Shown here: piece after piece, positions 44,273-55,549 of the stretch
Layout of the letters: the number at the start of each line of letters is the position of its first letter
Position numbering within the stretch: position 1 is the stretch's first letter
Assembly: GCA_017443805.1 (NCBI GenBank)
Contig: JAFSXY010000120.1
Location: 600 to 64,599, forward strand
DNA from: Clostridia bacterium
Lineage (GTDB): Bacteria > Bacillota > Clostridia > Oscillospirales > Acutalibacteraceae
Reading direction: 5' to 3'
Length of the DNA: 64,000 nt
The notes under the pieces: model-generated
Told to the model about the DNA's origin: nothing
The model's input: the letters and a program-made list of their open reading frames with translations, nothing else
The model's database searches: none
Program-made: the position numbers and the translations under genes

Positions 44273-45784
44273 ATGGTCGTTTTATCACCGGAGGAAATAA
44301 AAAAAGCGGAACGGGCTGCCAATGACGGCGGCCTGGATTATGAAACCATGATGCGCACGGCCGGCAGGGGCTGCGCCGATTATATTTTGGCGCATTATCC
44401 GCCTGACGCAAGGATCGTGATAATTGCGGGAAAAGGAAAAAACGGCGGCGACGGTTTTGTCTGTGCAAAAGCGCTTTGTCTTGCAAAACGAAGGATCCGC
44501 GTCATTCTTGCGCTCGGCTTGCCGACGGACACACTCGCTCAAAAGATGCTGTCGGAGCTTTCCGGTTTGACGGACGCAACAGATTATACAAAATCGCCCG
44601 CCGAGGCTTTGCGGGCGCTTTCCAAAGCGGACGTTGTGGCGGACGCCGTGTTCGGCGTCGGTTTTCACGGTGCTTTCCCGGAACAGCTGCGCGCGCTGAT
44701 CGAAAAGGCAAATGCGCTGCCTGCGGCGCGCATCGCCATAGATCTGCCCTCCGGCGTCGGCGCGCTGTCGGAGGAGGCGCAGCCGTTTAAGGCGGACGTT
44801 ACGCTTTCCATGCTCTGTTATAAACCGGAGCAGATCTATAAGCCCGCGGCAGGGTACTGCGGAAAAACGCAGATCGTTCCCATCGGCTTTCCTGCGCCGG
44901 ACGGAAGCCTTTTTGCTCTGACGCGCGCCGAAGTCAAAATGCTGCTTCCGGACCGACCATATAACGCAAATAAAGGCACGTTCGGCAATGTGCTGGTTTT
45001 GGGCGGCAGCCGGAAAATGCCCGGGGCGGCTGTACTTGCGGCCATGGGGGCGTTGCACGGCGGCGCCGGGTTAGTCACGGTCGCCGTGCCGGACTGCATC
45101 CTTCCCGTTATACAGACAAAGCTGACCGATCCCGTGTTTTTTCCGCTGCAGTCCTCTGCGGACGGTATGATCGGCGCGGAGAATATTGCGGCGCTCGCCC
45201 CCGTTTTGCCCCGTTTTTCCGCGATCGTACTCGGCAACGGCATGGGCGTATCGCCGGATACGCGGCAGATAACTGCTTTTATACTGCAAAACAGTATTTG
45301 TCCCGTAGTGCTGGACGCCGACGGCATAAACTGCGTCGCAGGGAATATAAATATACTGAAGGAAGCCCGCTGTCCCGTTTTGCTGACGCCGCATCCCGGC
45401 GAGATGGGCAGGTTGACGGGGCGGATGCCCGCAGAGGTGAACGACGACCGTGAAACCTGCGCGTCGGCGTTTGCCGCAGCGCACGGCGTAAACGTTCTGT
45501 TAAAGGGCGCAAACACGGTGGCCGCGTCCCCCGACGGCAGACTGACGGTCAATCCCACCGGCAGCGCCGCTTTGGCGCGCGGCGGAAGCGGCGACATTTT
45601 GGCGGGGCTGATCGGCGCCTTTGCGGCGCAGGGGACGGCGCTTTATACCGCTGCTGCGCTCGGCGCTTACGTGCACGGCCTTGCGGGGGAAACAGCGGAG
45701 GAAAAATATTCCTCTTTTTCCGCAACCGCGGCGCGTGTGACCGAGGCCATCGGGCAAGCCTTCAAAATGATCTTGGAAGGATAG
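44273..45784 (+). CDS. nnr: Bifunctional NAD(P)H-hydrate repair enzyme (epimerase/dehydratase, YjeF family)
   Basis: 503-aa ORF with a YjeF_N pattern IIAGKGKNGGDG and a C-terminal kinase-like pattern GNVLVLGGS...GSGDILAG. Confidence 0.88.
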   Translation: MVVLSPEEIKKAERAANDGGLDYETMMRTAGRGCADYILAHYPPDARIVIIAGKGKNGGDGFVCAKALCLAKRRIRVILALGLPTDTLAQKMLSELSGLTDATDYTKSPAEALRALSKADVVADAVFGVGFHGAFPEQLRALIEKANALPAARIAIDLPSGVGALSEEAQPFKADVTLSMLCYKPEQIYKPAAGYCGKTQIVPIGFPAPDGSLFALTRAEVKMLLPDRPYNANKGTFGNVLVLGGSRKMPGAAVLAAMGALHGGAGLVTVAVPDCILPVIQTKLTDPVFFPLQSSADGMIGAENIAALAPVLPRFSAIVLGNGMGVSPDTRQITAFILQNSICPVVLDADGINCVAGNINILKEARCPVLLTPHPGEMGRLTGRMPAEVNDDRETCASAFAAAHGVNVLLKGANTVAASPDGRLTVNPTGSAALARGGSGDILAGLIGAFAAQGTALYTAAALGAYVHGLAGETAEEKYSSFSATAARVTEAIGQAFKMILEG

Positions 45785-45793
45785 TGTCGGCGT

Positions 45794-48282
<2,489 letters not shown>

Positions 48283-49242
48283 TTAATCAAAAAGATCCAA
48301 AAAGGGAACGTCCCGGATCTCAAAGCTTTTGTCTTTCAGGCCGTTGAGGATGCCGGCGTCTGTGGTAAAGGAAAAGACGGTCTTATAGGAGCATAACAGC
48401 TGTTTTTTATAGCCGCCGTACTGCTTGTTCAGGTCGCCCCTTCCGTATTTGCCGTCTCCAAGCAAAGGACAGCCGAGGTACGCCATGTGTGCGCGGATCT
48501 GGTGCGTGCGGCCGGTCAGCAGCTCCACTTCAACAAGGGACAAACCGTTTTTCCGGCGCAGGACACGGTATTTCGTCAGCATGGTTTTTCGTCCCGGCGC
48601 CGGCGTTGGATACACCTTGACCATGTTTTTCTCTTCGTTTTTTACCATATAGGCCGTGGCGGTATCCTGTGTTTTCGGCGGCGCGCCGATCAGAACACAG
48701 AGGTAAAATTTCTTTATCTCCCGGTCACGGATCTTATCGTTCAGGATCCGCAGCGCTTCGGCGTTTTTTGCCGCCATTACGATCCCCTGGGTGTTGCGGT
48801 CGATCCGGTTCGCCAGCGCCGGCGTAAAGGACGCTTCGTTTTTCGGATCGAATTCGCCCTTCTCATACAGGTAACGCTGTACGCGTGTGATGAGCGTATC
48901 TGTGTATTCTCCTTCGTCCGGGTGGGATAACAGGCCGCTTTCCTTGTTCAGCAAAAGGATGTTGTCGTCCTCATAAAGGATGTCCAGCCTTTTGCCCGCG
49001 TTCAGAAAGTCATAACGCAGGTCCTGGTCCGCTGCAACGAAAAATTCGTCGGGGATATACATGTCCACAATATCGCCCGTTTGGAGCCTTGCGGATATTT
49101 CCGCCTTTTTTCCGTTGCGTTTGATCCGCTTTAAGCGCAGATATTTGTACAGCAGACTCTGCGGCAGCGAAGGCAGCGTTTTTGAGACAAATTTATCCAG
49201 ACGCTGTCCCGCGTCGTTTGGTTGGATCTGAAAGCTTTTCAT
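48283..49242 (-). CDS. RluA-family 23S rRNA pseudouridine synthase (S4 domain plus catalytic domain)
   Basis: 319-aa ORF with an S4-like N-terminus (QRLDKFVSK...) and a catalytic motif NRIDRNTQG (HRLD-type), followed by TGRTHQIRAH. Confidence 0.85.
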   Translation of the reverse strand: MKSFQIQPNDAGQRLDKFVSKTLPSLPQSLLYKYLRLKRIKRNGKKAEISARLQTGDIVDMYIPDEFFVAADQDLRYDFLNAGKRLDILYEDDNILLLNKESGLLSHPDEGEYTDTLITRVQRYLYEKGEFDPKNEASFTPALANRIDRNTQGIVMAAKNAEALRILNDKIRDREIKKFYLCVLIGAPPKTQDTATAYMVKNEEKNMVKVYPTPAPGRKTMLTKYRVLRRKNGLSLVEVELLTGRTHQIRAHMAYLGCPLLGDGKYGRGDLNKQYGGYKKQLLCSYKTVFSFTTDAGILNGLKDKSFEIRDVPFLDLFD

Positions 49243-49268
49243 AACGATGGTACCTTCCCGAAAGGAGA

Positions 49269-50009
49269 ATGATTTGTTTGGCTGTTCATCCTGATAACCG
49301 CGCCGAGCTGCACCGTAATCACCGTCAGAGGCTCAAGGCGCGGTTCGAAAATGAAGGACTTGAACATTTTGAAGATCATAACGTATTGGAGCTGTTGCTG
49401 TTTTACGTCATTCCGCGCTGCGACACCAACGAGATCGCACACATGCTGTTACAGGAATTCGGCAGCATTTCCAATGTTTTCAATGCGCCTGTTGAAGCGC
49501 TGTCCGGCGTGCCCGGCATCGGACGGGAAGCCGCGCAGTTCATAAAGCTGATCGCCGCTGTCAGCCGTCGGTACGCGGTGGATTCGGAAAAAGTCGGCAA
49601 GACCATCCGCTGCTGCGAAGACGCCGTCAAGCTTCTTTCGCCCTATTTTGTGGGGATGAAAGAGGAGATCTTTGTCTGCGTGATGCTGGACTGCGGCGGA
49701 CATGTGATCCGTAAAATGGTTATGTCCCAAGGGGACGGGAACTCCGTGCGCACGGATATGGATACGATCATAAAAGAGGCGGTGTTCAGCAAGGCGAGCA
49801 ATTTGGTGATCGCACATTCGCACCCGTGCGGTTTCGCGGCGCCCTCGCAGCAGGACCTGGATGAAACGGAACAGCTTTCCCGAACGCTGCGCGCTTTGAA
49901 TATCAATTTGTGCGAACACGTGATCTTTGCCAAAAACGAGTATTATCTGATGTCAACCTATCGATTTCGGGATCCGAAAACGCTGATCTTCCGCCAGATT
50001 TCAAATTAG
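49269..50009 (+). CDS. radC: RadC-like JAB/MPN domain protein
   Basis: 246-aa ORF with an HhH-like N-domain (ALSGVPGIGREAAQFIKL) and a JAMM motif AHSHPCG....PS..D. The start may instead be the TTG at 49278, because the GGAG lies only 1 nt from the ATG. Confidence 0.8.
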   Translation: MICLAVHPDNRAELHRNHRQRLKARFENEGLEHFEDHNVLELLLFYVIPRCDTNEIAHMLLQEFGSISNVFNAPVEALSGVPGIGREAAQFIKLIAAVSRRYAVDSEKVGKTIRCCEDAVKLLSPYFVGMKEEIFVCVMLDCGGHVIRKMVMSQGDGNSVRTDMDTIIKEAVFSKASNLVIAHSHPCGFAAPSQQDLDETEQLSRTLRALNINLCEHVIFAKNEYYLMSTYRFRDPKTLIFRQISN

Positions 50010-50017
50010 GCTGCGTT

Positions 50018-51439
50018 TCATTCCGCCGTTTCCCGCGCCGCCATATAGTTTTGTACCTGCGCCTTGATCTCAGGTCTGTCAAGCTTGTAAAACAATACGG
50101 GAATCAGCGTTAAGCCTACGCACACGCCCGGGATCAGCCAGTAGGCGCCCATCACGGTGTTGCGCATAGCGGGCGTGACCTCGGCAAAGGTCATCGTCCC
50201 GACGTAGCCGGACAACCCGACGATAAAAACGCCGACCGCAACGGAAAAGGCGTTCGCAAGCTTTACGGAGAGGCTGAGTACCGAATACTGCAGCCCCTCT
50301 GTTCTTTTTCCGGTCGTCATTTCGCGGTAGTCCACGGTATCGCTGAGCATGACCAGCGGCGCATAGCCGTGGGTGCCGAACATCACGCTGATCGCAAACT
50401 GTCCCAGGAAAATGCCCCAGAAGGAGCGGAAAAATGCAGGCCCGAAAGCAAAAAGCAGATAATACGCCGTGCTGACGACGGCGCCGTAAATGCCGAATAT
50501 GATAAAGGTTTTTTTGATCCCCAGCTTTTTTGTAACAAACGGAACCAGCAGGATCGACAAGAATGAAGTGACGGCAGAGCCGATCCCCAGCGCGATGGAG
50601 AGATTTTCTCCCGCGAGGGTGATCGATAACCCGCCGAGGGTGATATGGACGGTATCAAATACGACCGCGGCGGCCTGCACGCCGATCGTGACCGCCATGT
50701 TTCTGCCGAACCCCAGCATGTTGATCAAAAAGATGATCATCAGGTGCCGGTTGGAAACAAGCTCGCCGAACATCGTTTTCAGATGCATTTTCTGCGGCGC
50801 ACTTTTAATGACTTCTTTTGTGTTTTTCAGCATGATCAGCGTAAACGCGATCGCAACGGCCGCCACGATCACGGCGGTAATGAAATATTCTTTTTTTGTG
50901 ATCACGGCGGAGTCCGTCAGCATGCACACCACGGGGACGATCAGACCGGGTACGATCAGGCCGATGGATTTCATCATGTTGGAAATGCCTGCGGCGCTGT
51001 TTTTCTCCTCCGCACTGGGGCTCAAAACAGCCAACATCCCCTGACTCGGGATATCTGCCAGGCTCATGATCACGTTCCATAAAACGGAGGTCACGGTGAT
51101 ATACGCATATTTGAGCAGGTCCGAGGGAAAGTTTATGGCAGTGAACATCAGCGTTGTGATCAGGGCGAAGGGTACGATGCTGACAGCGACGAAGGGACGC
51201 ATTTTCCCGGATTTGAAGTGCGAGGCGTCGATCAGATTTCCGATCAGGGGATCGGCAAGGGAACTGATGATCTTTGCAATAAGGATGATCACGGCGCATT
51301 TTGTCAGATCCGCGCTGAGTACGCTTGTATAAAACTGAGACTGGTAGGAATTGATGTACCCCACCAGCATCTGAATGCCGAAAATGCCGATCCCGTAGGA
51401 CAGCATCTTGCCGAAGGTCAGCGTCTTTTTTGTTTCCAT
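50018..51439 (-). CDS. Glycoside-pentoside-hexuronide (GPH):cation symporter family MFS transporter
   Basis: 473-aa ORF with about 12 TM helices. N-terminus LTFGKMLSYGIGIFGIQM...YQSQFYT is typical of MelB/YicJ-type carriers. Confidence 0.8.
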   Translation of the reverse strand: METKKTLTFGKMLSYGIGIFGIQMLVGYINSYQSQFYTSVLSADLTKCAVIILIAKIISSLADPLIGNLIDASHFKSGKMRPFVAVSIVPFALITTLMFTAINFPSDLLKYAYITVTSVLWNVIMSLADIPSQGMLAVLSPSAEEKNSAAGISNMMKSIGLIVPGLIVPVVCMLTDSAVITKKEYFITAVIVAAVAIAFTLIMLKNTKEVIKSAPQKMHLKTMFGELVSNRHLMIIFLINMLGFGRNMAVTIGVQAAAVVFDTVHITLGGLSITLAGENLSIALGIGSAVTSFLSILLVPFVTKKLGIKKTFIIFGIYGAVVSTAYYLLFAFGPAFFRSFWGIFLGQFAISVMFGTHGYAPLVMLSDTVDYREMTTGKRTEGLQYSVLSLSVKLANAFSVAVGVFIVGLSGYVGTMTFAEVTPAMRNTVMGAYWLIPGVCVGLTLIPVLFYKLDRPEIKAQVQNYMAARETAE

Positions 51440-51531
51440 CCGTATTACCCCCAGACGTCATAAGTTGATTTCATGATAACACACGCCGTACGCGTATTCA
51501 ATAAATATTTTTCTCCCTGCATAAAAAAAAG

Positions 51532-51560
51532 ATGACAATTCACGCAAACTGTGCTATATT
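51532..51560 (+). promoter_or_regulatory. Putative nadE promoter with an extended -10
   Basis: ATGACA (51532-51537), a 17-nt spacer ending in TGC, then TATATT (51555-51560). Confidence 0.5.
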
Positions 51561-51602
51561 GAAAGCAGAATTTCAAAAGCCGGAAGAAACGGAGAACAAA
51601 AA

Positions 51603-52343
51603 ATGTTTGACGCAGAAAAAATAAAAAACGAATGTGTGCAATGGATACGGGCATTTTTTGAAGAAAACGGCCCGGGCTGCAACGCGGTGCTCGGCGTTTC
51701 CGGCGGCAAGGACAGCTCCGTTGCCGCGGCGCTCTGTGTACAGGCGCTGGGAAAAGACCGGGTGATCGGCGTGTTGATGCCCAACGGCGTGCAGCACGAT
51801 ATCGATATGGCGTATCTCTTGGTCAATACGCTGGGAATAAGGTATTATGAGGTCAATATCAAGGCGGCCTGCGACGGCGTGCTCGGCGCATTCCCTGCAA
51901 ATCTTCCCATTTCGGAGCAGAGTCGCGTCAATCTTGCGCCGCGCATCCGCATGTCGACGCTGTATGCCGTTTCCCAAAGTCTGAACGGACGCGTGGTCAA
52001 TACGTGCAACCTTTCGGAGGATTGGGTGGGCTATTCCACCCGTTACGGGGATGCCGCGGGCGATTTCAGCCCGTTGTCAAGGCTGACCGTGCAGGAGGTC
52101 AAGGCCGTCGGCAGGACGCTGGGACTGCCCGCCGTTTTAGTGGACAAGGTCCCCATCGACGGGCTTTGCGGAAAAACGGATGAGGACAATCTCGGTTTCA
52201 CCTACGCGGTGCTGGACCGCTATATCCGAACCGGGGAGATCGACGATCCCGCCGTAAAAGCGCGGATCGACGACCTGCATGAAAGAAATCTGTTCAAGCT
52301 GCGGCTGATGCCGGCGTTTGATCCGTCCCCGACGCTGCTGTGA
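51603..52343 (+). CDS. nadE: Ammonia-dependent NAD+ synthetase
   Basis: 246-aa ORF with PP-loop GVSGGKDSSV...NLSEDWVGYSTRYGD..GDFSPL. Confidence 0.88.
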   Translation: MFDAEKIKNECVQWIRAFFEENGPGCNAVLGVSGGKDSSVAAALCVQALGKDRVIGVLMPNGVQHDIDMAYLLVNTLGIRYYEVNIKAACDGVLGAFPANLPISEQSRVNLAPRIRMSTLYAVSQSLNGRVVNTCNLSEDWVGYSTRYGDAAGDFSPLSRLTVQEVKAVGRTLGLPAVLVDKVPIDGLCGKTDEDNLGFTYAVLDRYIRTGEIDDPAVKARIDDLHERNLFKLRLMPAFDPSPTLL

Positions 52344-52375
52344 GCGCGTCTGTATGAGAAGAGAAAGGGGGAAAT

Positions 52376-53326
52376 ATGATGTTTGACGGTATGGATTACG
52401 TATATGAGGTCTATTTGGAGCGCAGCTTTTCCGCCGCCGCAAAAAAACTGTTCGTTTCCCAGCCTGCGCTTTCTGCCGCGGTTAAAAAGGTTGAAAAACA
52501 GCTGGGGATCACCATCTTTGACCGCAGCACCAACCCTATCACGCTGACACAGGCGGGCAGGGTCTGTATTTCGTCGATCGAGCAGATGCGCGCGCTGCAG
52601 CATAATATGCTCAATCAGCTGAACGATCTGTCCGAAATGAAAAGCGGCAGCGTTATCGTCAGCGGTGAAAATTTTATTTCTTCTTTTATTCTTCCGAAAA
52701 TCATCATTGAATTTATGAACACCTACAGCGGGATTCACGTGGATCTGGTGGAGAGCCATACGCATGACCTCAAAAACCAGCTGCTGGAGGAAAAGGTGGA
52801 TATCCTGGTCGCGCATGACTTCGACCCGGAGCTTTTCGTTTCGTATCCGCTGTCGGACGAGACGCTTTTGCTTGCGGTGCCTGTTGGTTATGCGATCAAC
52901 GAACGGTTCCGGGACAGAATTCTTTCCGATGAGGACATCAAGAACAGGCGCTATCTGCAAAAAGACTGCCCGACGGTGGATCTCTGCGATTTTTCGGCGG
53001 AGAGCTTTTTGGTGCTCAAAAAGGGCAACGACATGTATACCCGCACCATGCAGCTGTGCGAGAACGCCGGCTTTGCGCCGCAGGTCAAGATTTACCCGGA
53101 CCAGCTGCTCACGGCTTATAATATGTCCCGTGCGGGGCTCGGCGTGACCGTCGTGACCGACAATCTGGTGCGGTTGGAACGCGGCAGCACCAAAACCTGC
53201 TTTTATAAGATCTCCGGCGATAATACCCGCCGAAAGCTGTCTGTCGGCTATAAGAAAAAAAGATATCCCTCCAGCGCCATGCTTGCGTTTGTCGCCTGCG
53301 CGCGGAAGGTTTACCGGGAGAAATAA
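52376..53326 (+). CDS. LysR-family transcriptional regulator
   Basis: 316-aa ORF with N-terminal HTH ERSFSAAAKKLFVSQPALSAAVKKVEKQLGITIFDR. Confidence 0.88.
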   Translation: MMFDGMDYVYEVYLERSFSAAAKKLFVSQPALSAAVKKVEKQLGITIFDRSTNPITLTQAGRVCISSIEQMRALQHNMLNQLNDLSEMKSGSVIVSGENFISSFILPKIIIEFMNTYSGIHVDLVESHTHDLKNQLLEEKVDILVAHDFDPELFVSYPLSDETLLLAVPVGYAINERFRDRILSDEDIKNRRYLQKDCPTVDLCDFSAESFLVLKKGNDMYTRTMQLCENAGFAPQVKIYPDQLLTAYNMSRAGLGVTVVTDNLVRLERGSTKTCFYKISGDNTRRKLSVGYKKKRYPSSAMLAFVACARKVYREK

Positions 53327-53424
53327 ACAACGCCCCGCGCGAAATCCGGCCGGGATTGGCGGGCAGACGCCTCCCATAAAAAAAGATGTAAAAAATAATT
53401 TAAAATTATTGGGGAATATCACTA

Positions 53425-53452
53425 TTGCTTTTTCCTGAAAAAGGGTTATAAT
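53425..53452 (+). promoter_or_regulatory. Candidate promoter upstream of the atp operon
   Basis: TTGCTT (53425-53430), a 16-nt spacer, then TATAAT (53447-53452). Confidence 0.5.
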
Positions 53453-53471
53453 GTGAACATATGAAGAACAC

Positions 53472-53510
53472 TGCGCCGCTTTTTGCGGCGCAATCGTTTT
53501 TTTTGTTTTT
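53472..53510 (+). terminator. Terminator-like hairpin plus T-tract (LysR-gene terminator or atp leader attenuator)
   Basis: 8-bp stem TGCGCCGC / GCGGCGCA with loop TTTTT, then ATCG followed by TTTTTTTTGTTTTTTT. Confidence 0.55.
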
Positions 53511-53599
53511 TTCGGCTCTTTTGCCGATTTGCAGCCTGATAGGATCTGCGGGACGGTTGTCCGGTTGACGTCTGTTGAAGGGAAGGGGGCGCTCGCACT

Positions 53600-53860
53600 T
53601 TGATTTTGGCGTTTTTTATCGCGCTTTTTGTCGGCGTTTTTCAGGTTGTTTTCGATATTCTGTTCTACGCTGCGGTGTTTGCGGGCAAGATCGCAAAAGG
53701 CATAGTGTCCGTTCTGTTTAAGATCTTGCTTTACTGCGGGCTTTTATGGCTGACGTTCAAGCTGTTCAAGCTATACGTTGCGGGCGTGGCTGTCGGTTTC
53801 GCGATCGGTTTTTTCCCGTTGTTGGTTATTTATTGCATCCGCAAGCTCAAATCAAAATGA
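53600..53860 (+). CDS. Small hydrophobic membrane protein, AtpI/AtpZ-like position in the atp operon
   Basis: 86-aa ORF (TTG start) with 3 predicted TM segments, immediately upstream of atpB. Confidence 0.55.
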   Translation: MILAFFIALFVGVFQVVFDILFYAAVFAGKIAKGIVSVLFKILLYCGLLWLTFKLFKLYVAGVAVGFAIGFFPLLVIYCIRKLKSK

Positions 53861-53876
53861 TCGGAGGTGTGTGCTG

Positions 53877-54785
53877 TTGCCTGTCATACACATAGTGATT
53901 GCCGCGGTCGGCGCGGTGCTGATCGCCGCTACGTCGGTAGGTTTTTTGCTGAGTCGGCGGAAAATGGAAGGCGGCGCGCTGACGGGTAGGCAAAGAAAAC
54001 GGAAAAAGCTTTGGCTGATCGGTCTTTTGATTTCCGTATGGGGTACCGTCGGTGCGCTGATTACGATTTTTTCCGGCAAAAAGGGCCGTCTTGCCATCGA
54101 GTTTGAGATGTTCAGTCCGCGGGTCCCGGTGTTCGGGATCACATTGGCGAAAACCACGCTCATCGGCTGCGGCGTTCTGGTGTTTCTGGCCGTGTTGCTG
54201 CTGCTGTTCCGTTTTACAGCCGTTCCCCGGTTCTCGGAGGAGGATCCGGGCGGCCTGCAGAATGCAATGGAAGCTGCCGTGGACGCTGTGGACCGGTTCG
54301 TCGAAAACACCACAAGTGAGATGACGGTCAAAGGGCTGTCGCCGTATATGATCAGCGTGGCGCTTTATATTATGGGCTGTGCGTTCAGCGAGATGCTCGG
54401 GCTGCGCACGCCGACCAGCGATTTGACTTTCACTCTTTGCCTCGGTTTATGCACGCTTGCGTTGATCAATATCTACGGTTTCAAAAAGGGCGGCGTAGGC
54501 GGACGGATCAAAAACATGGGCGGCCCGGTGCCGGCAATGCGTGTGATCATGGTGCCGCTCAAGGCCGTCACCGATCTTGCGGTGCCCATCAGCCTTGCCT
54601 GTCGGCTTTTCGGCAATATGCTGGGCGGTATGCTGGTCATGGATCTGTTCAAGGGCGTGCTGGGCGGCTACGGCGCGGGACTGCCCGCTGTCGCGGGGAT
54701 CTATTTCAATCTGCTTCACCCCATGCTGCAGATCTATATTTTTGTCAGTCTTTCGTTGACCTATATCCAAGAGGCCATGGAATAA
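53877..54785 (+). CDS. atpB: F-type ATP synthase subunit a
   Basis: Contains the conserved stator arginine motif LACRLFGNMLGG. The start is uncertain. I place it at TTG 53877, 9 nt after GGAGG (53863-53867); the track ORF starts at 53778 and overlaps the previous gene. Confidence 0.8.
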   Translation: MPVIHIVIAAVGAVLIAATSVGFLLSRRKMEGGALTGRQRKRKKLWLIGLLISVWGTVGALITIFSGKKGRLAIEFEMFSPRVPVFGITLAKTTLIGCGVLVFLAVLLLLFRFTAVPRFSEEDPGGLQNAMEAAVDAVDRFVENTTSEMTVKGLSPYMISVALYIMGCAFSEMLGLRTPTSDLTFTLCLGLCTLALINIYGFKKGGVGGRIKNMGGPVPAMRVIMVPLKAVTDLAVPISLACRLFGNMLGGMLVMDLFKGVLGGYGAGLPAVAGIYFNLLHPMLQIYIFVSLSLTYIQEAME

Positions 54786-54810
54786 AAACAGAATTACGGA
54801 GGAAAACGGT

Positions 54811-55023
54811 ATGAATTTTATTGCGGCGGCCATCATTATGGGCTGTACGGTATTCGGTGTGGGATTTGGCATATGCTTTGCCACGACCAAAGCGGTCGAC
54901 GCGGCGTCCCGGCAGCCGGAGGGCGCGGGCAAGATCCAGACCTTGCTCCTGCTCGGCTGCGCTTTGGCGGAGAGTATCGGTCTGTACGGCTTTATTGTTT
55001 CTCTGCTGCTCGTCAACCAGTGA
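54811..55023 (+). CDS. atpE: F-type ATP synthase subunit c
   Basis: 70-aa hairpin protein with an RQPE loop and the ion-binding carboxylate in GCALAESIGLYGF. Confidence 0.9.
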   Translation: MNFIAAAIIMGCTVFGVGFGICFATTKAVDAASRQPEGAGKIQTLLLLGCALAESIGLYGFIVSLLLVNQ

Positions 55024-55051
55024 ACTTTTATACGGAAAAGGAGTGAGATAA

Positions 55052-55546
55052 ATGGCAGATCTGATTTCAAAGGATATGATCGCCGATCTCATCATCAATA
55101 TCCTCAATATCCTTATTTTGTTTTTCCTGACAAAGGCGCTGCTGTATAAGCCTGTCAAAAAGTTTTTGGATGTGCGCAAGACAAGGCTGGCCGAGGAGAA
55201 GCAGGCGGCTTTGGACGCCGAGGCCTCGGCGCAGGCAAGGAAGGCGGAGTATGACGCCCTGCTTGCGGACGCGGAAGCCTCGAAGGCGGCGCTTTTGCAA
55301 GAGGCCGAGGCAAACGCACAGGAAAAGGCGCGGCAGATCCTTGCCGAAGCAAAGCAAAAAGCGGAGGAAACGGCGCAAAACGCCGCCGCTGCCGCTGTGC
55401 ATGAACGGGAAAAGATGCTTTCCGACGCCCGCGATGAGATCGCCGACCTTGCGCTGGAGATCTCCGCAAAGATCATCGGCAGGGAAGTAACGGACGCGGA
55501 CAACCTCGCCATAGCGAAACGGTTTTTCGGCGATGCGGAGGAATGA
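55052..55546 (+). CDS. atpF: F-type ATP synthase subunit b
   Basis: 164-aa ORF with an N-terminal TM helix followed by a long Ala/Glu/Lys-rich helix. Confidence 0.85.
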   Translation: MADLISKDMIADLIINILNILILFFLTKALLYKPVKKFLDVRKTRLAEEKQAALDAEASAQARKAEYDALLADAEASKAALLQEAEANAQEKARQILAEAKQKAEETAQNAAAAAVHEREKMLSDARDEIADLALEISAKIIGREVTDADNLAIAKRFFGDAEE

Positions 55547-55549
55547 GAA

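Noticed and set aside
52220-53422. 400-aa minus-strand ORF antisense to the LysR regulator
   Set aside because: No recognisable motifs, while the sense strand has a canonical LysR HTH and co-inducer domain.
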